From Waterburya sp. (GTDB taxonomy: Bacteria > Cyanobacteriota > Cyanobacteriia > Cyanobacteriales > Xenococcaceae), in contig CBDCJV010000002.1 of assembly GCA_965217895.1 (NCBI GenBank), positions 3,808,001 to 3,872,000 of the forward strand: DNA of 64,000 bases, written 5' to 3'. A model generated the notes under the pieces. That model was not told the DNA's origin. It saw only the letters and a list, made by a program, of their open reading frames with translations, and did no database searches. How positions within the stretch are numbered: position 1 is the first letter of the stretch; the number at the start of each line of letters is the position of its first letter. The position numbers and the translations under genes are program-made. Shown piece by piece: positions 54,084 through 64,000 of this stretch.

Positions 54084-55208
54084 TTGACCATGAATACAAC
54101 CAGCGTCCCTCATCTCCTCAATGCTTTCGATCTTGGAAGTCTGTCTTTAAATAACCGCGTGGTTATGGCTCCTTTGACTCGCTCTCGTGCTGGTGCAGAC
54201 AGGATACCTAATGCTTTGATGGCAGAATATTACGCTCAACGAGCGGGTGCGGGGTTGATTATTACTGAAGCTACAACCATTTCCAAACAGGCTAATGGTT
54301 GGCAACATAGTCCTGGAATCTATACAGCAGAACAAACCCAAGCGTGGAAACAGGTAGTTGATGCTGTACACGCTAAAGGCACACCAATTTTTCTGCAACT
54401 ATGGCATACAGGAAGATCTTCTCACAGCAGTTTCCAAGAAAACAACCAGCTTCCTGTTGCCCCTTCGGCAATTAAAATTGAGGGGTCGGAGTCTCACACG
54501 CCCAATGGCAAACAACCCTATGAAACTCCTAGAGCTTTAGAAACTGCGGAAATTTCTCAAGTAGTGGAAGATTACCGCACCTCAGCAGCTAATGCCAAAG
54601 AAGCTGGCTTTGATGGGGTAGAAATACATAGTGCAAATGGCTATTTGATAGATGAGTTTTTGCAGTCCAAAACCAACCAGCGCACTGATAAATATGGTGG
54701 AAGTATTGCCAATCGCTATCGTTTTTTACAAGAAATCGTGGAGGCAGTATTAACTGTCTACAATGCTGATAGCGTGGGAGTCAGACTTTCCCCCAACGGC
54801 AACTACAACGATATGGGTTCACCAGATTTCCGCGAGACTTTTACTTATGTAGCGCAACAGTTAAACAGCTATGGATTGGCGTATATACATTTATTAGATG
54901 GTTTAGCTTTTGGATTTCATGAGTTAGGCGAACCAATGACCCTGACAGAATTTAGAAAGGTATACGATGGGGTGCTGATGGGTAACTGTGGTTACGATCG
55001 CAACTCGGCAGAAAAAGCGATCGCCTCTGGAGATGCCGACTTAATTGCCTTTGGTAGACCATATATTAGCAATCCCGATTTAGTTGCTCGTTTTGCTAAC
55101 AATTGGGAACTCAATTCTGAGGCAGAGATGTCTATCTGGTATTCTTTTGATGCCGAAGGTTATACTGATTTTCCCACCTATCAAGAGTCTAATTTAGCTT
55201 CTGCTTAA
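54084..55208 (+). CDS. Old yellow enzyme alkene reductase (NemA-like)
   Basis: MAPLTRSR, EIHSANGYL and FGRPYISNPDL motifs. Confidence 0.92.
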   Translation: MTMNTTSVPHLLNAFDLGSLSLNNRVVMAPLTRSRAGADRIPNALMAEYYAQRAGAGLIITEATTISKQANGWQHSPGIYTAEQTQAWKQVVDAVHAKGTPIFLQLWHTGRSSHSSFQENNQLPVAPSAIKIEGSESHTPNGKQPYETPRALETAEISQVVEDYRTSAANAKEAGFDGVEIHSANGYLIDEFLQSKTNQRTDKYGGSIANRYRFLQEIVEAVLTVYNADSVGVRLSPNGNYNDMGSPDFRETFTYVAQQLNSYGLAYIHLLDGLAFGFHELGEPMTLTEFRKVYDGVLMGNCGYDRNSAEKAIASGDADLIAFGRPYISNPDLVARFANNWELNSEAEMSIWYSFDAEGYTDFPTYQESNLASA

Positions 55209-55237
55209 CTTGAGCTTGAAATATTTCACAACCCTAT

Positions 55238-56803
55238 ATGAAATTTGAATTTGTCTCAGACCCAGAAATATCGGTCAAGATAGACCAGATGAAGCGTAGA
55301 GTGCGTTGGCAAGAATCTCTATTTAAAGAAAAGGCGATCGCTCAAACTAAATTAGTAATCGACGAGGAGGATACAGATAATCCTCAATTTTCTTTTTTAG
55401 TAATTGGTGATAGTGGCTGTGGCTCACACTTAAAGCATCACCCCCAACGTAAAATTGCCGAGATGATGCTAGAACATCAGCAATCGCGTTTTATTCTGCA
55501 TACGGGAGATCTGGTCTATCAAGTTGGCTCTAGCGAATATTATCATAATAATTTTATTAATCCTTATCAAGAGTTTTTAGTTGGCGGAGAAAATTCCCAA
55601 CATCTTAGATACGATGACTTAACGTTTAAATTACCATTTTTCCCTGTTCCAGGTAATCATGACTATTATGATTTACCTTTTCTTTATGGCATCTTTTTTC
55701 AGACTACCTGGTTGCCACGTCGATTGCTGCGAGGCAGATTAGATTTAGATGTGGGTTGGCATGGCTCAGAACAAGGAAATGCTTATGCCAGGGCGTTTCT
55801 AGACTATTTATTAGATATTAAAGGTACGGTTAATTTAAAACAGCATTTAGATAATCACTATATAGCCAAACACCAGGGCGATCGCTGTTTAAACTATCAA
55901 CCAGGCAAATTTACTCGTTTGCCCAATCGTTACTATACTTTTCGCTATGGTGGAATTGATTTTTTTGCTTTGGATTCCAATACTTTTAATGAGCCTTTAG
56001 CGATTCCTGATACGGAAGCAGGAAAAAATAAAAGAGTCAAACTATTAGAGCGTCAAGGTGAGTTAGACAAGCGAGAACAAGAGATCCAGGCAGCAATGGA
56101 CAAGCTCGATCCCAATAACTATGAAGATGCCGAACAGATGGATGATTACTACGCTAAATTAGAGTATATTGCCGAAAGCCAAAGAGATATAGAAAAGCAG
56201 TTAAATCAAGTGCAACAAGCAACTGATTGGGAACAATTAGATTGGTTTAGAGATAGCTTGATCGCATCTTGGCAGGATGAATCTGTACGAGGCAGAATTG
56301 TTTTTTTTCATCATCCTCCCTATGTTACCGAAGCTACAAAATGGAATCAGGGACAAACTATAGCAATTCGCGATCGCCTGCGTCAGGTATTTGATAACGT
56401 GGTTAAAGATATAGGAGAATTACCGCCAGGCAAATCTGTAGTAAATTTAGTTTTATCAGGTCACGCTCACTGTATGGAGCATTTGTACACTAAAGATACA
56501 GGTTACGCTGATTCATATACCGACTGGATTGTCTGTGGTGGAAGCGGTCATAGTTTGCGTCGTCAAAGAAGAGAAGGTGCGGTGTTATTTCAAGATGACG
56601 CTCTCGATTCTAAACCGATAGGGCAGTCTCATTTATTTATTGGACGCAATGGTAAAGGTAAAAATACAAAAAGACCTTATTCTTTTCTACGTATTGATGT
56701 CCAGGCTGGAGAGCAGCCTAAGTTTGTTGTCAATCCTTATGTGGCCGAATGGCATCAACGTCGATGGCATGAATACGCGGAGAAGTCTTTTGTAATTGAT
56801 TAG
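55238..56803 (+). CDS. Metallophosphoesterase
   Basis: GDSG, GDLVY, GNHDY, HHPPY and GHAH motifs. Confidence 0.88.
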   Translation: MKFEFVSDPEISVKIDQMKRRVRWQESLFKEKAIAQTKLVIDEEDTDNPQFSFLVIGDSGCGSHLKHHPQRKIAEMMLEHQQSRFILHTGDLVYQVGSSEYYHNNFINPYQEFLVGGENSQHLRYDDLTFKLPFFPVPGNHDYYDLPFLYGIFFQTTWLPRRLLRGRLDLDVGWHGSEQGNAYARAFLDYLLDIKGTVNLKQHLDNHYIAKHQGDRCLNYQPGKFTRLPNRYYTFRYGGIDFFALDSNTFNEPLAIPDTEAGKNKRVKLLERQGELDKREQEIQAAMDKLDPNNYEDAEQMDDYYAKLEYIAESQRDIEKQLNQVQQATDWEQLDWFRDSLIASWQDESVRGRIVFFHHPPYVTEATKWNQGQTIAIRDRLRQVFDNVVKDIGELPPGKSVVNLVLSGHAHCMEHLYTKDTGYADSYTDWIVCGGSGHSLRRQRREGAVLFQDDALDSKPIGQSHLFIGRNGKGKNTKRPYSFLRIDVQAGEQPKFVVNPYVAEWHQRRWHEYAEKSFVID

Positions 56804-57108
56804 GACTTACGCAGTTTAACGAGTTTTGCCCCCCTAGCCCCCCAAATCTGGGGGAACAAGAATTAAAAGTCCCCCTCTCGCGCATTCCCTTGCTAGGTCA
56901 GCATTCCCTTGCGCCTTCGGACGACGCGGGGTCTGACCTCTGACGGCGACGCGGTGAGACAGTTGCGTTGCGGGGGTTTCCCCCGTTGAGCAAACTGTTG
57001 AACCCTTTAGGGGGTCGCTCGCCTTGGGGGATTTAGGGTGGGTGGAAATGCTTCTGTCTAAGAAGCTTATTCCACACCCATCCGAAGGGGGCGAGTACGT
57101 AAGTCCTA
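56801..57108. mobile_element. MITE with 5-bp target duplication and multiple nested short repeats
   Basis: TIRs TAGGACTTACG / CGTAAGTCCTA; TTGAT at 56796-56800 and 57109-57113. Confidence 0.85.
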
Positions 57109-57118
57109 TTGATAATTG

Positions 57119-57835
57119 TTAATTGTTAATTGTTATTTTACCCGAACATAATATTTGCTCAGATTCAATTTCTAGTTGTTCTATTGACACGTCTTTTCCT
57201 AAGTAAATTTCTAGCTGATGGTCGTGCTGTTTGAATTGGGTTATTTGACTATCAATTTTGACAGGTGATAAATAAAGAGTATGAGTATCAAGTAACTTGA
57301 TCCCCGTAAACAAATAAAGCTTATTTGTCTTATTGTTACTATCTTGATAGCTTCCTAATAGAGTTAGTCCTTCAGCGATGCCTGAGTCCTTCGGACTTGC
57401 TTCGCAAACGGCTAGCTTCACAATCGCAATTGATTGCCATTTAATTTCCGAGATAGCTCGATTTTGTTGCTTTGGTGCGATCATCCGCCACAGATCTGTT
57501 AATCCACTTTGTAATAAAGGCGAAGTCAAAGAGGATTGCAGATCCCCAGAGTTGATGCTCAATTTAACATCTACTACGATTGGCTCTAAAAGTTGAAAAG
57601 GTTTGTTTTTGAGAACTTCTGGTAAATTAAAGCCAATATTAGCTCCTTTAACTTCAACTTGATTTAAGTGCAGCCCTTGATATATAACGCGATCGCAACT
57701 AAGCAAGACTTGGGGAATATAGCCTTTGAGAATTTGCCTATTTTTACCAATAATTTTTACCTTTAGATCTTTTACCTGGGAAACTTGCGATCGCAAATAA
57801 AACTTAACTGCCGTAGATAATATTTTATTAATCAC
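57119..57835 (-). CDS. DUF2993/LmeA-like protein with an in-frame insertion at a HIP1 site
   Basis: LRSQV, GYIP, YQGL and PF.LLEP pattern typical of this cyanobacterial family. Confidence 0.7.
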   Translation of the reverse strand: MINKILSTAVKFYLRSQVSQVKDLKVKIIGKNRQILKGYIPQVLLSCDRVIYQGLHLNQVEVKGANIGFNLPEVLKNKPFQLLEPIVVDVKLSINSGDLQSSLTSPLLQSGLTDLWRMIAPKQQNRAISEIKWQSIAIVKLAVCEASPKDSGIAEGLTLLGSYQDSNNKTNKLYLFTGIKLLDTHTLYLSPVKIDSQITQFKQHDHQLEIYLGKDVSIEQLEIESEQILCSGKITINN

Positions 57836-58023
57836 TTTATATCTTAAGTGTTTGCAGAAAACTTAGCTTAAAAATTAGACGATTATATTTTTGTGAGCGA
57901 CTGATACTTTATCATTTTTTTTGGGCAATATATAACTAGCTTATAAACTGGCTCATATGCTTGGAGAGACAACTATCTTTTTTTGTAAAATTAAAAGTTA
58001 CATACTGGTAGGAAAATCTCTCT

Positions 58024-58809
58024 ATGGCTGAAAGAGTTCAAAAAGTTTTGTCCCAATGGGGTATTGCCTCGCGACGCAAAGCAGAAAAAATGATTTTAGC
58101 AGGTAGAATCCAGGTCAACGGTCAAATAGCTAAAGTAGGAGACAAAGTTGACCTAGCTACGGATAGCTTATATGTAGATGGAAAGCCTCTTAAGATGGCC
58201 GATCGCCCTCAATTAATTTATTTACTATTGAATAAACCACCAGGAGTAGTCTGTACTTGTTCTGACCCCCACAATCGCCCTACCGTCATTGATTTATTAC
58301 CTGCAAAACTAAAACAGGGAACAGGAATTCATCCAGTAGGTAGATTGGATTTTGCCTCTAGCGGTGCTTTAATTTTGACTAATGATGGCGAGTTAACTCT
58401 TAGTTTGACTCATCCCCGTTACCATTTACCCAAGACTTATGTTGTTGAATTGGATCGTTCTCCAAGGCAAAAAGACTTGTCTTTGTGGCGTAAAGGAATT
58501 ATGTTGGATGACAGAAAAACCTTGCCTGCCAAAATTACACAGCTAGAGCATAATCAATCACAAAAAATCATAGAGATAATTTTAACAGAAGGAAGAAATC
58601 GCCAAATACGCCGTGTAGCCGAAAAACTTGGTTATCAAGTGCAAAAGCTACACCGCACGGTAATTGGTTCGATAACTCTAAAATCTTGCAATGTGGAACT
58701 TCCCCAAGGCAAATATAGACGTTTAGAACAGGCAGAAATTAACTTTCTCAAAAGTTCTAGTAATTTAACTCTAAAAGTAGCTGCACAGCCTGGGAGCGCA
58801 GTGATATGA
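58024..58809 (+). CDS. RsuA/RluB family rRNA pseudouridine synthase
   Basis: S4 domain, NKPPG, GRLD and EGRNRQIRR motifs. Confidence 0.93.
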   Translation: MAERVQKVLSQWGIASRRKAEKMILAGRIQVNGQIAKVGDKVDLATDSLYVDGKPLKMADRPQLIYLLLNKPPGVVCTCSDPHNRPTVIDLLPAKLKQGTGIHPVGRLDFASSGALILTNDGELTLSLTHPRYHLPKTYVVELDRSPRQKDLSLWRKGIMLDDRKTLPAKITQLEHNQSQKIIEIILTEGRNRQIRRVAEKLGYQVQKLHRTVIGSITLKSCNVELPQGKYRRLEQAEINFLKSSSNLTLKVAAQPGSAVI

Positions 58810-59579
58810 ACAACAATAATCTTAATGCCGAGCAGCAAAAACAACTTCAAGACATAGGTATTAAACTACATAATCTTCGTGTGGCTAAAAATATTTCTTT
58901 AGATACTGTAGCAGCTAATACCAGAATTGGTAAACGGCTTTTGTTAGCTATCGAGACTGGGGATCTAGAAGAATTACCCGAAGCTTTTTATGTTCAAGCC
59001 TTGGTCGCCAAATTTGCTCAGGAGATTGATGCTGAGGAAGTAAATTTTGTTGCTCCACCATCTGCTGACTTAAACGTAGTAGATACTGCTAGTCCTAAAG
59101 CTAATCGTCGATACGGGTTTAATTTTCAATTGCGATCGCTTCATTTATACTTACTCTATGTTTTTCTGGTAGTTGTATCCGTTAAAGGGATTACGATGCT
59201 GGTAGAACGTCCAGTAATTATTAATCAAGCACCTGAAGAACAACCTACTTTGGATGCTGAAGTGACGCAATCTGCAAATCCTCTCAAAACAGAGAAGCCT
59301 CAATCTGTTCCTCAATTTGTTTCTCAATCAACTGATTCTAATTCAGTCAGCGTCGGTATTAATTTACAAGAGCGTTGTTGGCTCAAAGTTATGGTAGACG
59401 GAAAACTTGCTTTTGAGGGGACTTTACCCCAGGGTACACAGCGTCAATGGACTGGCAAAAAAGAAGTGACAATTAAAGCAGGTAATGCTGGAGGAGTAGC
59501 TATTAGCTTTAATAACGAGCAGCAAAAGGTTTTAGGCGCACCTGGAGAAGTAGAAGAGATTACCTATACGGTTAATTAA
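58806..59579 (+). CDS. rodZ: RodZ-like protein (HTH, TM, DUF4115)
   Basis: N-terminal HTH (LLAIETG..LPE), TM helix, AGNAGGV motif. Confidence 0.8.
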   Translation: MNNNNLNAEQQKQLQDIGIKLHNLRVAKNISLDTVAANTRIGKRLLLAIETGDLEELPEAFYVQALVAKFAQEIDAEEVNFVAPPSADLNVVDTASPKANRRYGFNFQLRSLHLYLLYVFLVVVSVKGITMLVERPVIINQAPEEQPTLDAEVTQSANPLKTEKPQSVPQFVSQSTDSNSVSVGINLQERCWLKVMVDGKLAFEGTLPQGTQRQWTGKKEVTIKAGNAGGVAISFNNEQQKVLGAPGEVEEITYTVN

Positions 59580-59716
59580 TATCGCTTTGCTTAGGTAGTA
59601 GGTAGTAAGTAGTAAATAGTAGGTTTGTTTACGTCCAAGTCTACTAAATAATAGTCTTGAGCAAAATTTTGATTGAAGCAGTTAAAAAAGATTTGAGCTT
59701 GGACAACGAAGTAACT

Positions 59717-59758
59717 ATCCCTCTCTAAAAGCTTTATTTTAGAGAGGGATGCTTTTTT
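59717..59758 (+). terminator. Intrinsic terminator-like hairpin
   Basis: ATCCCTCTCTAAAA / TTTTAGAGAGGGAT 14-bp stem followed by GC and T6. Confidence 0.65.
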
Positions 59759-60674
59759 GCAGCCATGTCAAACAAATCATTCAGATTACAGAGGTTTTAT
59801 GCCCAAGCTAAAGCCAAATTTAGCATTACCGCCTCCTAATATTTTGGTATTGGTATCTATAGTCTCAACTCAACTAGGTTCGGCATTCGCCAAAACTATC
59901 ATTCAAGAAATAGGACCAACCACTACAGTGCTTTTAAGGATTGGTCTAGGAGCGATCGCTTTATTACTGTTGCAAAGACCTCAGCTAAAAGGTTACACTC
60001 TTGCCAACTATTTACTCATGATTTTGTTTGGCTTGAGCATGGCAGCCATGAATCTGAGCTTTTATGGGGCAATTGAGCGTATTCCTTTAGGTATTGCCGT
60101 CACTTTAGAATTTATTGGGCCTTTAGGCGTTGCTTGCGCTAATTCCCGTAGAATTTTGGACTTGCTTTGGATATTGCTCGCAGCAGTAGGAATTTTCTTG
60201 TTAGCCCCAACACAAGGATCTTCTCTCGATCCTCTTGGTGTGGCTTTAGCTTTGTTGGCAGCGTTTTTTTGGGGTACATATATTTTGCTATCTGCCAAAA
60301 TAGGCAAAGTATTTGCTGATGTGAATGGACTAGGGTTGATGTCGGCAGTATTGGCAGTGGGAACATTGGGACTTTTACCACTAAGCATATTATCTGGAGG
60401 TTTGACCAGACTTGAACCCAAGTTTTTAGCAGCAGGAATAGCGATCGCCATTCTTTCTTCAGCAATTCCCTATACTTTTGAACTCGAAGCACTAAAAAAA
60501 CTTCCCATTCGTGTTTTTGGTGTGCTGATGAGTATAGAACCAGCATTTGCAGCTTTTTTGGGTTTTATTATTCTGCGAGAAAAATTAGAGCTTCGCGCCC
60601 TTGTTGCCATTGCACTAGTTACCTTCGCTTCGCTTGGAGCTTCCGCTTTTGAAAAACGTTCTCGTTTGAAGTAA
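59757..60674 (+). CDS. EamA/RhtA-like DMT transporter
   Basis: RIPLGIAVTLEFIGPL and MSIEPA motifs, about 10 TM helices; start probably ATG 59799. Confidence 0.88.
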   Translation: MQPCQTNHSDYRGFMPKLKPNLALPPPNILVLVSIVSTQLGSAFAKTIIQEIGPTTTVLLRIGLGAIALLLLQRPQLKGYTLANYLLMILFGLSMAAMNLSFYGAIERIPLGIAVTLEFIGPLGVACANSRRILDLLWILLAAVGIFLLAPTQGSSLDPLGVALALLAAFFWGTYILLSAKIGKVFADVNGLGLMSAVLAVGTLGLLPLSILSGGLTRLEPKFLAAGIAIAILSSAIPYTFELEALKKLPIRVFGVLMSIEPAFAAFLGFIILREKLELRALVAIALVTFASLGASAFEKRSRLK

Positions 60675-60807
60675 AAACTGTTCAACTTTTTCAATTCATT
60701 GTCCTATGGCAAACATTAAACTGCCTGCTTTAGAGATGATAATCTCTATTCAGTGATTATCATTAGGTTTATTCTTAGAAAAAGCAATATTAAATAAACA
60801 GATAATT

Positions 60808-62736
60808 ATGAATACAGCAGCTAAACAAATCGCCTTTGACTATATTAATCTTGATTCTTTACCTGACGTATGGAAGATAACAGCCGAAAAGTTTGGCGAT
60901 ACTGTCGCGTTAAAAGATCCCCACGCTAAACCAGAAGTTATTATCACTTATCAAGAGTTGCATCAGCAGATTCAGCAGTTTGCTAGTGGTTTACAGGCTT
61001 TAAACATTCAGCCCCAAGATAAGATTGCTTTGTTTGCCGATAATAGCCCCCGTTGGTTTATTGCCGATCAGGGAATTATGATGGCAGGGGCGGTAGATGT
61101 AGTGCGTTCTTCTGGGGCAGAACAGCAAGAACTAACGTATATTTTAGAAAATAGCGATAGCAACAGTCTAATAGTCGAGAATTTGAAAACTCTGGACAAG
61201 TTAAGCTCAAACTTGGCAGATTTACCTATTAAGCTAGTTGTTTTGTTAAGCGACGAGACACCAGGCGATGAACAGCAGATTAAAATTATTAACTTTACGC
61301 AGTTGATGGAATTGGGCAAAGCTAGACAGCTAGAGCCTGTTGAGCAAAATAAAGATACTCTGGCAACTTTACTTTATACTTCTGGCACGACAGGAAAACC
61401 TAAGGGAGTAATGCTAAGTCATGGCAATTTATTACATCAGGTCAACTACATTAAAACTGTATTTCAACCTCAACCAGGGGACATAACTCTTTCTATTCTC
61501 CCTAGTTGGCACGCCTACGAACGGGCTGGGGAATATTTTTTCTTAACTCATGGGACAACACAAATTTACACTAGCATCCGTTACTTTAAGCAAGATTTAA
61601 AAAAATTTCAGCCTACCTATATGGTTGGTGTACCTCGTCTTTGGGAGTCGCTATACGATGGTGTGCAAAAGCTTTTAGGTGAACAATCAAAGTCGCAACA
61701 AAAGTTAGTTAAATTTTTTCTCAAGCAGTCAGAAAAATACATTATGGCAAAACGAATTGCTGAGAATACTAGCTTAGAACATTTTAATTCTTCTGCTACA
61801 GAGCGATCGCTTGCCAAATTAAAAGCAGCTTCTCTCTATCCCGTTCATGCCCTAGCAGACAAGCTTGTATATGGCAAAATTCGCGCTGGGGTGGGCAATA
61901 TTCAAGCTGTATGTAGCGGTGGTGGTTCTTTAGCTAAATACCTTGATGATTTTTATCAAACCGTGGGTATTGATGTCTTTGTCGGTTATGGATTAACCGA
62001 AACTTCGCCCATCACCAATGCCCGTACTCCCAAACATAATATTAGAGGTTCAGCGGGACAGCCTTTACCAGAAACGGAGATCAAAATTATTGACCCCAAA
62101 ACTCGCCAAAAATTGCCCCAGGGGTCAACGGGTTCGGTTTTAATTCGTGGTAGTCAGGTAATGCAGGGCTACTATAAAAACCCAGAAGCTACAGCTAAGG
62201 CAATTGATGCTGACGGTTGGTTTGATAGTGGTGATTTGGGTTGTTTGACTCCCTATAATGATTTGGTGCTAACGGGCAGGGCTAAAGATACTATTGTCTT
62301 AAGCAATGGCGAAAATATTGAACCTCAACCGATTGAAGATGCCTGTGTCCGTAGCGTTTATATTGACCAAATTATGCTGGTTGGTCAGGATCAACGAGCT
62401 TTGGGGGCGTTAATCGTGCCTAACTTAGAAACCCTGCAACAGTGGATAACAGAACAAAAATTGGATTTACATCTTCCGAATCAAGATAGTTCCCCCCAAG
62501 AAGTGACACAAAGTAATTTATCTAAACCTGCGATTGCCGATTTATACCGTAATGAGTTAAATCGCGAGGTTAAAAACCGCCCAGGTTATCGTTCAGATGA
62601 TCGTGTTGCTGATTTTCGTTTTGTTATCAAGCCTTTTTCTCAAGAAGATGGCACCATGACCCAAACCTTAAAAGTCAAGCGCCCTGTTGTGCAAGAAAAA
62701 TATCAGAGTTTAATTAACGAGATGTTTACTAACTAA
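60808..62736 (+). CDS. aas: Long-chain acyl-ACP/CoA synthetase
   Basis: YTSGTTGKPKG, GYGLTET and GRAKDTIVLSNGENIEP motifs. Confidence 0.9.
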   Translation: MNTAAKQIAFDYINLDSLPDVWKITAEKFGDTVALKDPHAKPEVIITYQELHQQIQQFASGLQALNIQPQDKIALFADNSPRWFIADQGIMMAGAVDVVRSSGAEQQELTYILENSDSNSLIVENLKTLDKLSSNLADLPIKLVVLLSDETPGDEQQIKIINFTQLMELGKARQLEPVEQNKDTLATLLYTSGTTGKPKGVMLSHGNLLHQVNYIKTVFQPQPGDITLSILPSWHAYERAGEYFFLTHGTTQIYTSIRYFKQDLKKFQPTYMVGVPRLWESLYDGVQKLLGEQSKSQQKLVKFFLKQSEKYIMAKRIAENTSLEHFNSSATERSLAKLKAASLYPVHALADKLVYGKIRAGVGNIQAVCSGGGSLAKYLDDFYQTVGIDVFVGYGLTETSPITNARTPKHNIRGSAGQPLPETEIKIIDPKTRQKLPQGSTGSVLIRGSQVMQGYYKNPEATAKAIDADGWFDSGDLGCLTPYNDLVLTGRAKDTIVLSNGENIEPQPIEDACVRSVYIDQIMLVGQDQRALGALIVPNLETLQQWITEQKLDLHLPNQDSSPQEVTQSNLSKPAIADLYRNELNREVKNRPGYRSDDRVADFRFVIKPFSQEDGTMTQTLKVKRPVVQEKYQSLINEMFTN

Positions 62737-62888
62737 AGAATAATTTCCCAAAAAACCATCTAAAAGCAATTTTTTAGGGTACAACTAAAAAGATTAAAAT
62801 TCAGGAATAGGACTTAGCTAGACTAAGAAACTGCCTGCAATCTTTAAGCTGCAATCAAAATTTGAGAATTTAAGAAGGAGTCGAAATC

Positions 62889-63338
62889 ATGGATTATACA
62901 AATGCTAGCTTGCTTTTAAAACGCCCTGTCACCGTCAAAGCAATAGTAACGGCTCAGTGGAAAGAAGAAGTAAATCAACAGTTACAACAGCAAGTAACTC
63001 AGCTAGACCAGCAAATGCAGCAGTTAGAAATGCAGGGCAGAAGAACAATTGAAGAGATTTCTAGGCAAGCCCAAGATCCTGCTAGCCTTCAGATGAAAAA
63101 ACAGGTAGAAAATATTCAGGGGCAAGTTAACCAAAAAAAAGCAGAGATGCTAGAAAAGAAAAATAACTTTTTGCAGCAGCTACAGCAGATTCAGCTATTA
63201 GATTTAGACCAAGAGGTAGTTCAAGCTCAAATGGAAAGCTTTTTCCGTCTAGAAAAAGGCGATAACCTAGTTAGAAAACTAAACGTAGAGGTAGTATTAC
63301 GAGATGGAGTAGTTGAAGACATTAGAGGCGAACTATAA
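62889..63338 (+). CDS. YlqD family protein
   Basis: LKRPVTVKAIVT..WKEE, coiled coil, LRDGVV.DIR; follows aas. Confidence 0.8.
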   Translation: MDYTNASLLLKRPVTVKAIVTAQWKEEVNQQLQQQVTQLDQQMQQLEMQGRRTIEEISRQAQDPASLQMKKQVENIQGQVNQKKAEMLEKKNNFLQQLQQIQLLDLDQEVVQAQMESFFRLEKGDNLVRKLNVEVVLRDGVVEDIRGEL

Positions 63339-63518
63339 TAATTATCAATAAACAATGACCAAAAATGACCGACAGCCAACAAAACTTTTACTTCATAAAA
63401 CAAAATAAAGATAACAGTGAAAGCAGCCAGAAAATTAAACTTTCCTAAAGACTCTTGTTTTCAATAAACGATACCCTGAAAATTAAGAAAGAGAACTGGT
63501 ACGTATTGAGGAAGCAAG

Positions 63519-64000
63519 TTGAATAATAAAGCGATCGCCCGTCGCCCTGCTAGAGTTATATGTTTAGGGGAAATATTGTTTGATTGTCTTGCTGACGAGC
63601 TTGGAAAGTCGATGTCCGAAGTTACATCTTGGACTCCTTATCCAGGAGGCGCACCTGCTAATGTTGCCTGTGCCTTGACTAAATTGGGAACTCCTTCGGC
63701 TTTTGTTGGCTGCGTAGGCAAAGATACTCGGGGTGAAGAACTAGTTCAATTGCTTCAGTCTATAGGAGTTAATACTTCTGGCATTCAATATAGTGAGCAA
63801 GCTCCGACTCGGCAAGTATACGTCACTCGTACCGCTCAAGGCGATCGCACTTTTGCTGGCTTTGGCGACAAGAAACCAGATCGGTTTGCTGATGCCTATC
63901 TGCAAGCTCAACATTTACCTCCAGAGTTATTCTTGGAGGCTGAATATCTAGTTTTGGGTACTTTAGAGCTAGCTTATCCCCAGACTAGAGCAGCCGTATT
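63519..64000 (+). CDS. PfkB family carbohydrate kinase, running off the window end
   Basis: Manual translation from TTG 63519: VICLGEILFDCLAD...YPGGAPANVACALTKLG...FVGCVGKD. Confidence 0.88.
   Translation, partial: MNNKAIARRPARVICLGEILFDCLADELGKSMSEVTSWTPYPGGAPANVACALTKLGTPSAFVGCVGKDTRGEELVQLLQSIGVNTSGIQYSEQAPTRQVYVTRTAQGDRTFAGFGDKKPDRFADAYLQAQHLPPELFLEAEYLVLGTLELAYPQTRAAV

Noticed and set aside
1..64000. Abundant GCGATCGC octamer
   Set aside because: This is HIP1, a well-known cyanobacterial feature; used only as a taxonomic and insertion-site marker.

Overview
Core-chromosome window from an AT-rich cyanobacterium; GCGATCGC (HIP1) octamers are dense throughout and the gene set is cyanobacterial. 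It holds the dnaA-dnaN locus with a compact DnaA-box cluster (probable oriC), phoH, argZ/agrE, shc, bioB, def, rpsU, cpcT, accA, frmB, yaaA, pilMNOQ, HU, cobD, tmk, tamB, rodZ and aas, plus several two-component and c-di-GMP proteins. Accessory content is a high-GC katG beside IS1 debris, a frameshifted IS630, a glycosyltransferase pseudogene and several MITEs. The most unusual signal is a set of very small (37-58 nt) insertion elements. Their copies keep stem and loop lengths and a few invariant bases while the paired bases co-vary. They insert without obvious target duplication into each other, into REP-like palindromes, MITEs, HIP1 sites and in frame into genes, and filled and empty versions of the same host can be compared inside this window. 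No CRISPR array, rRNA or tRNA was seen. Product calls come from motif recognition by eye, not database searches.
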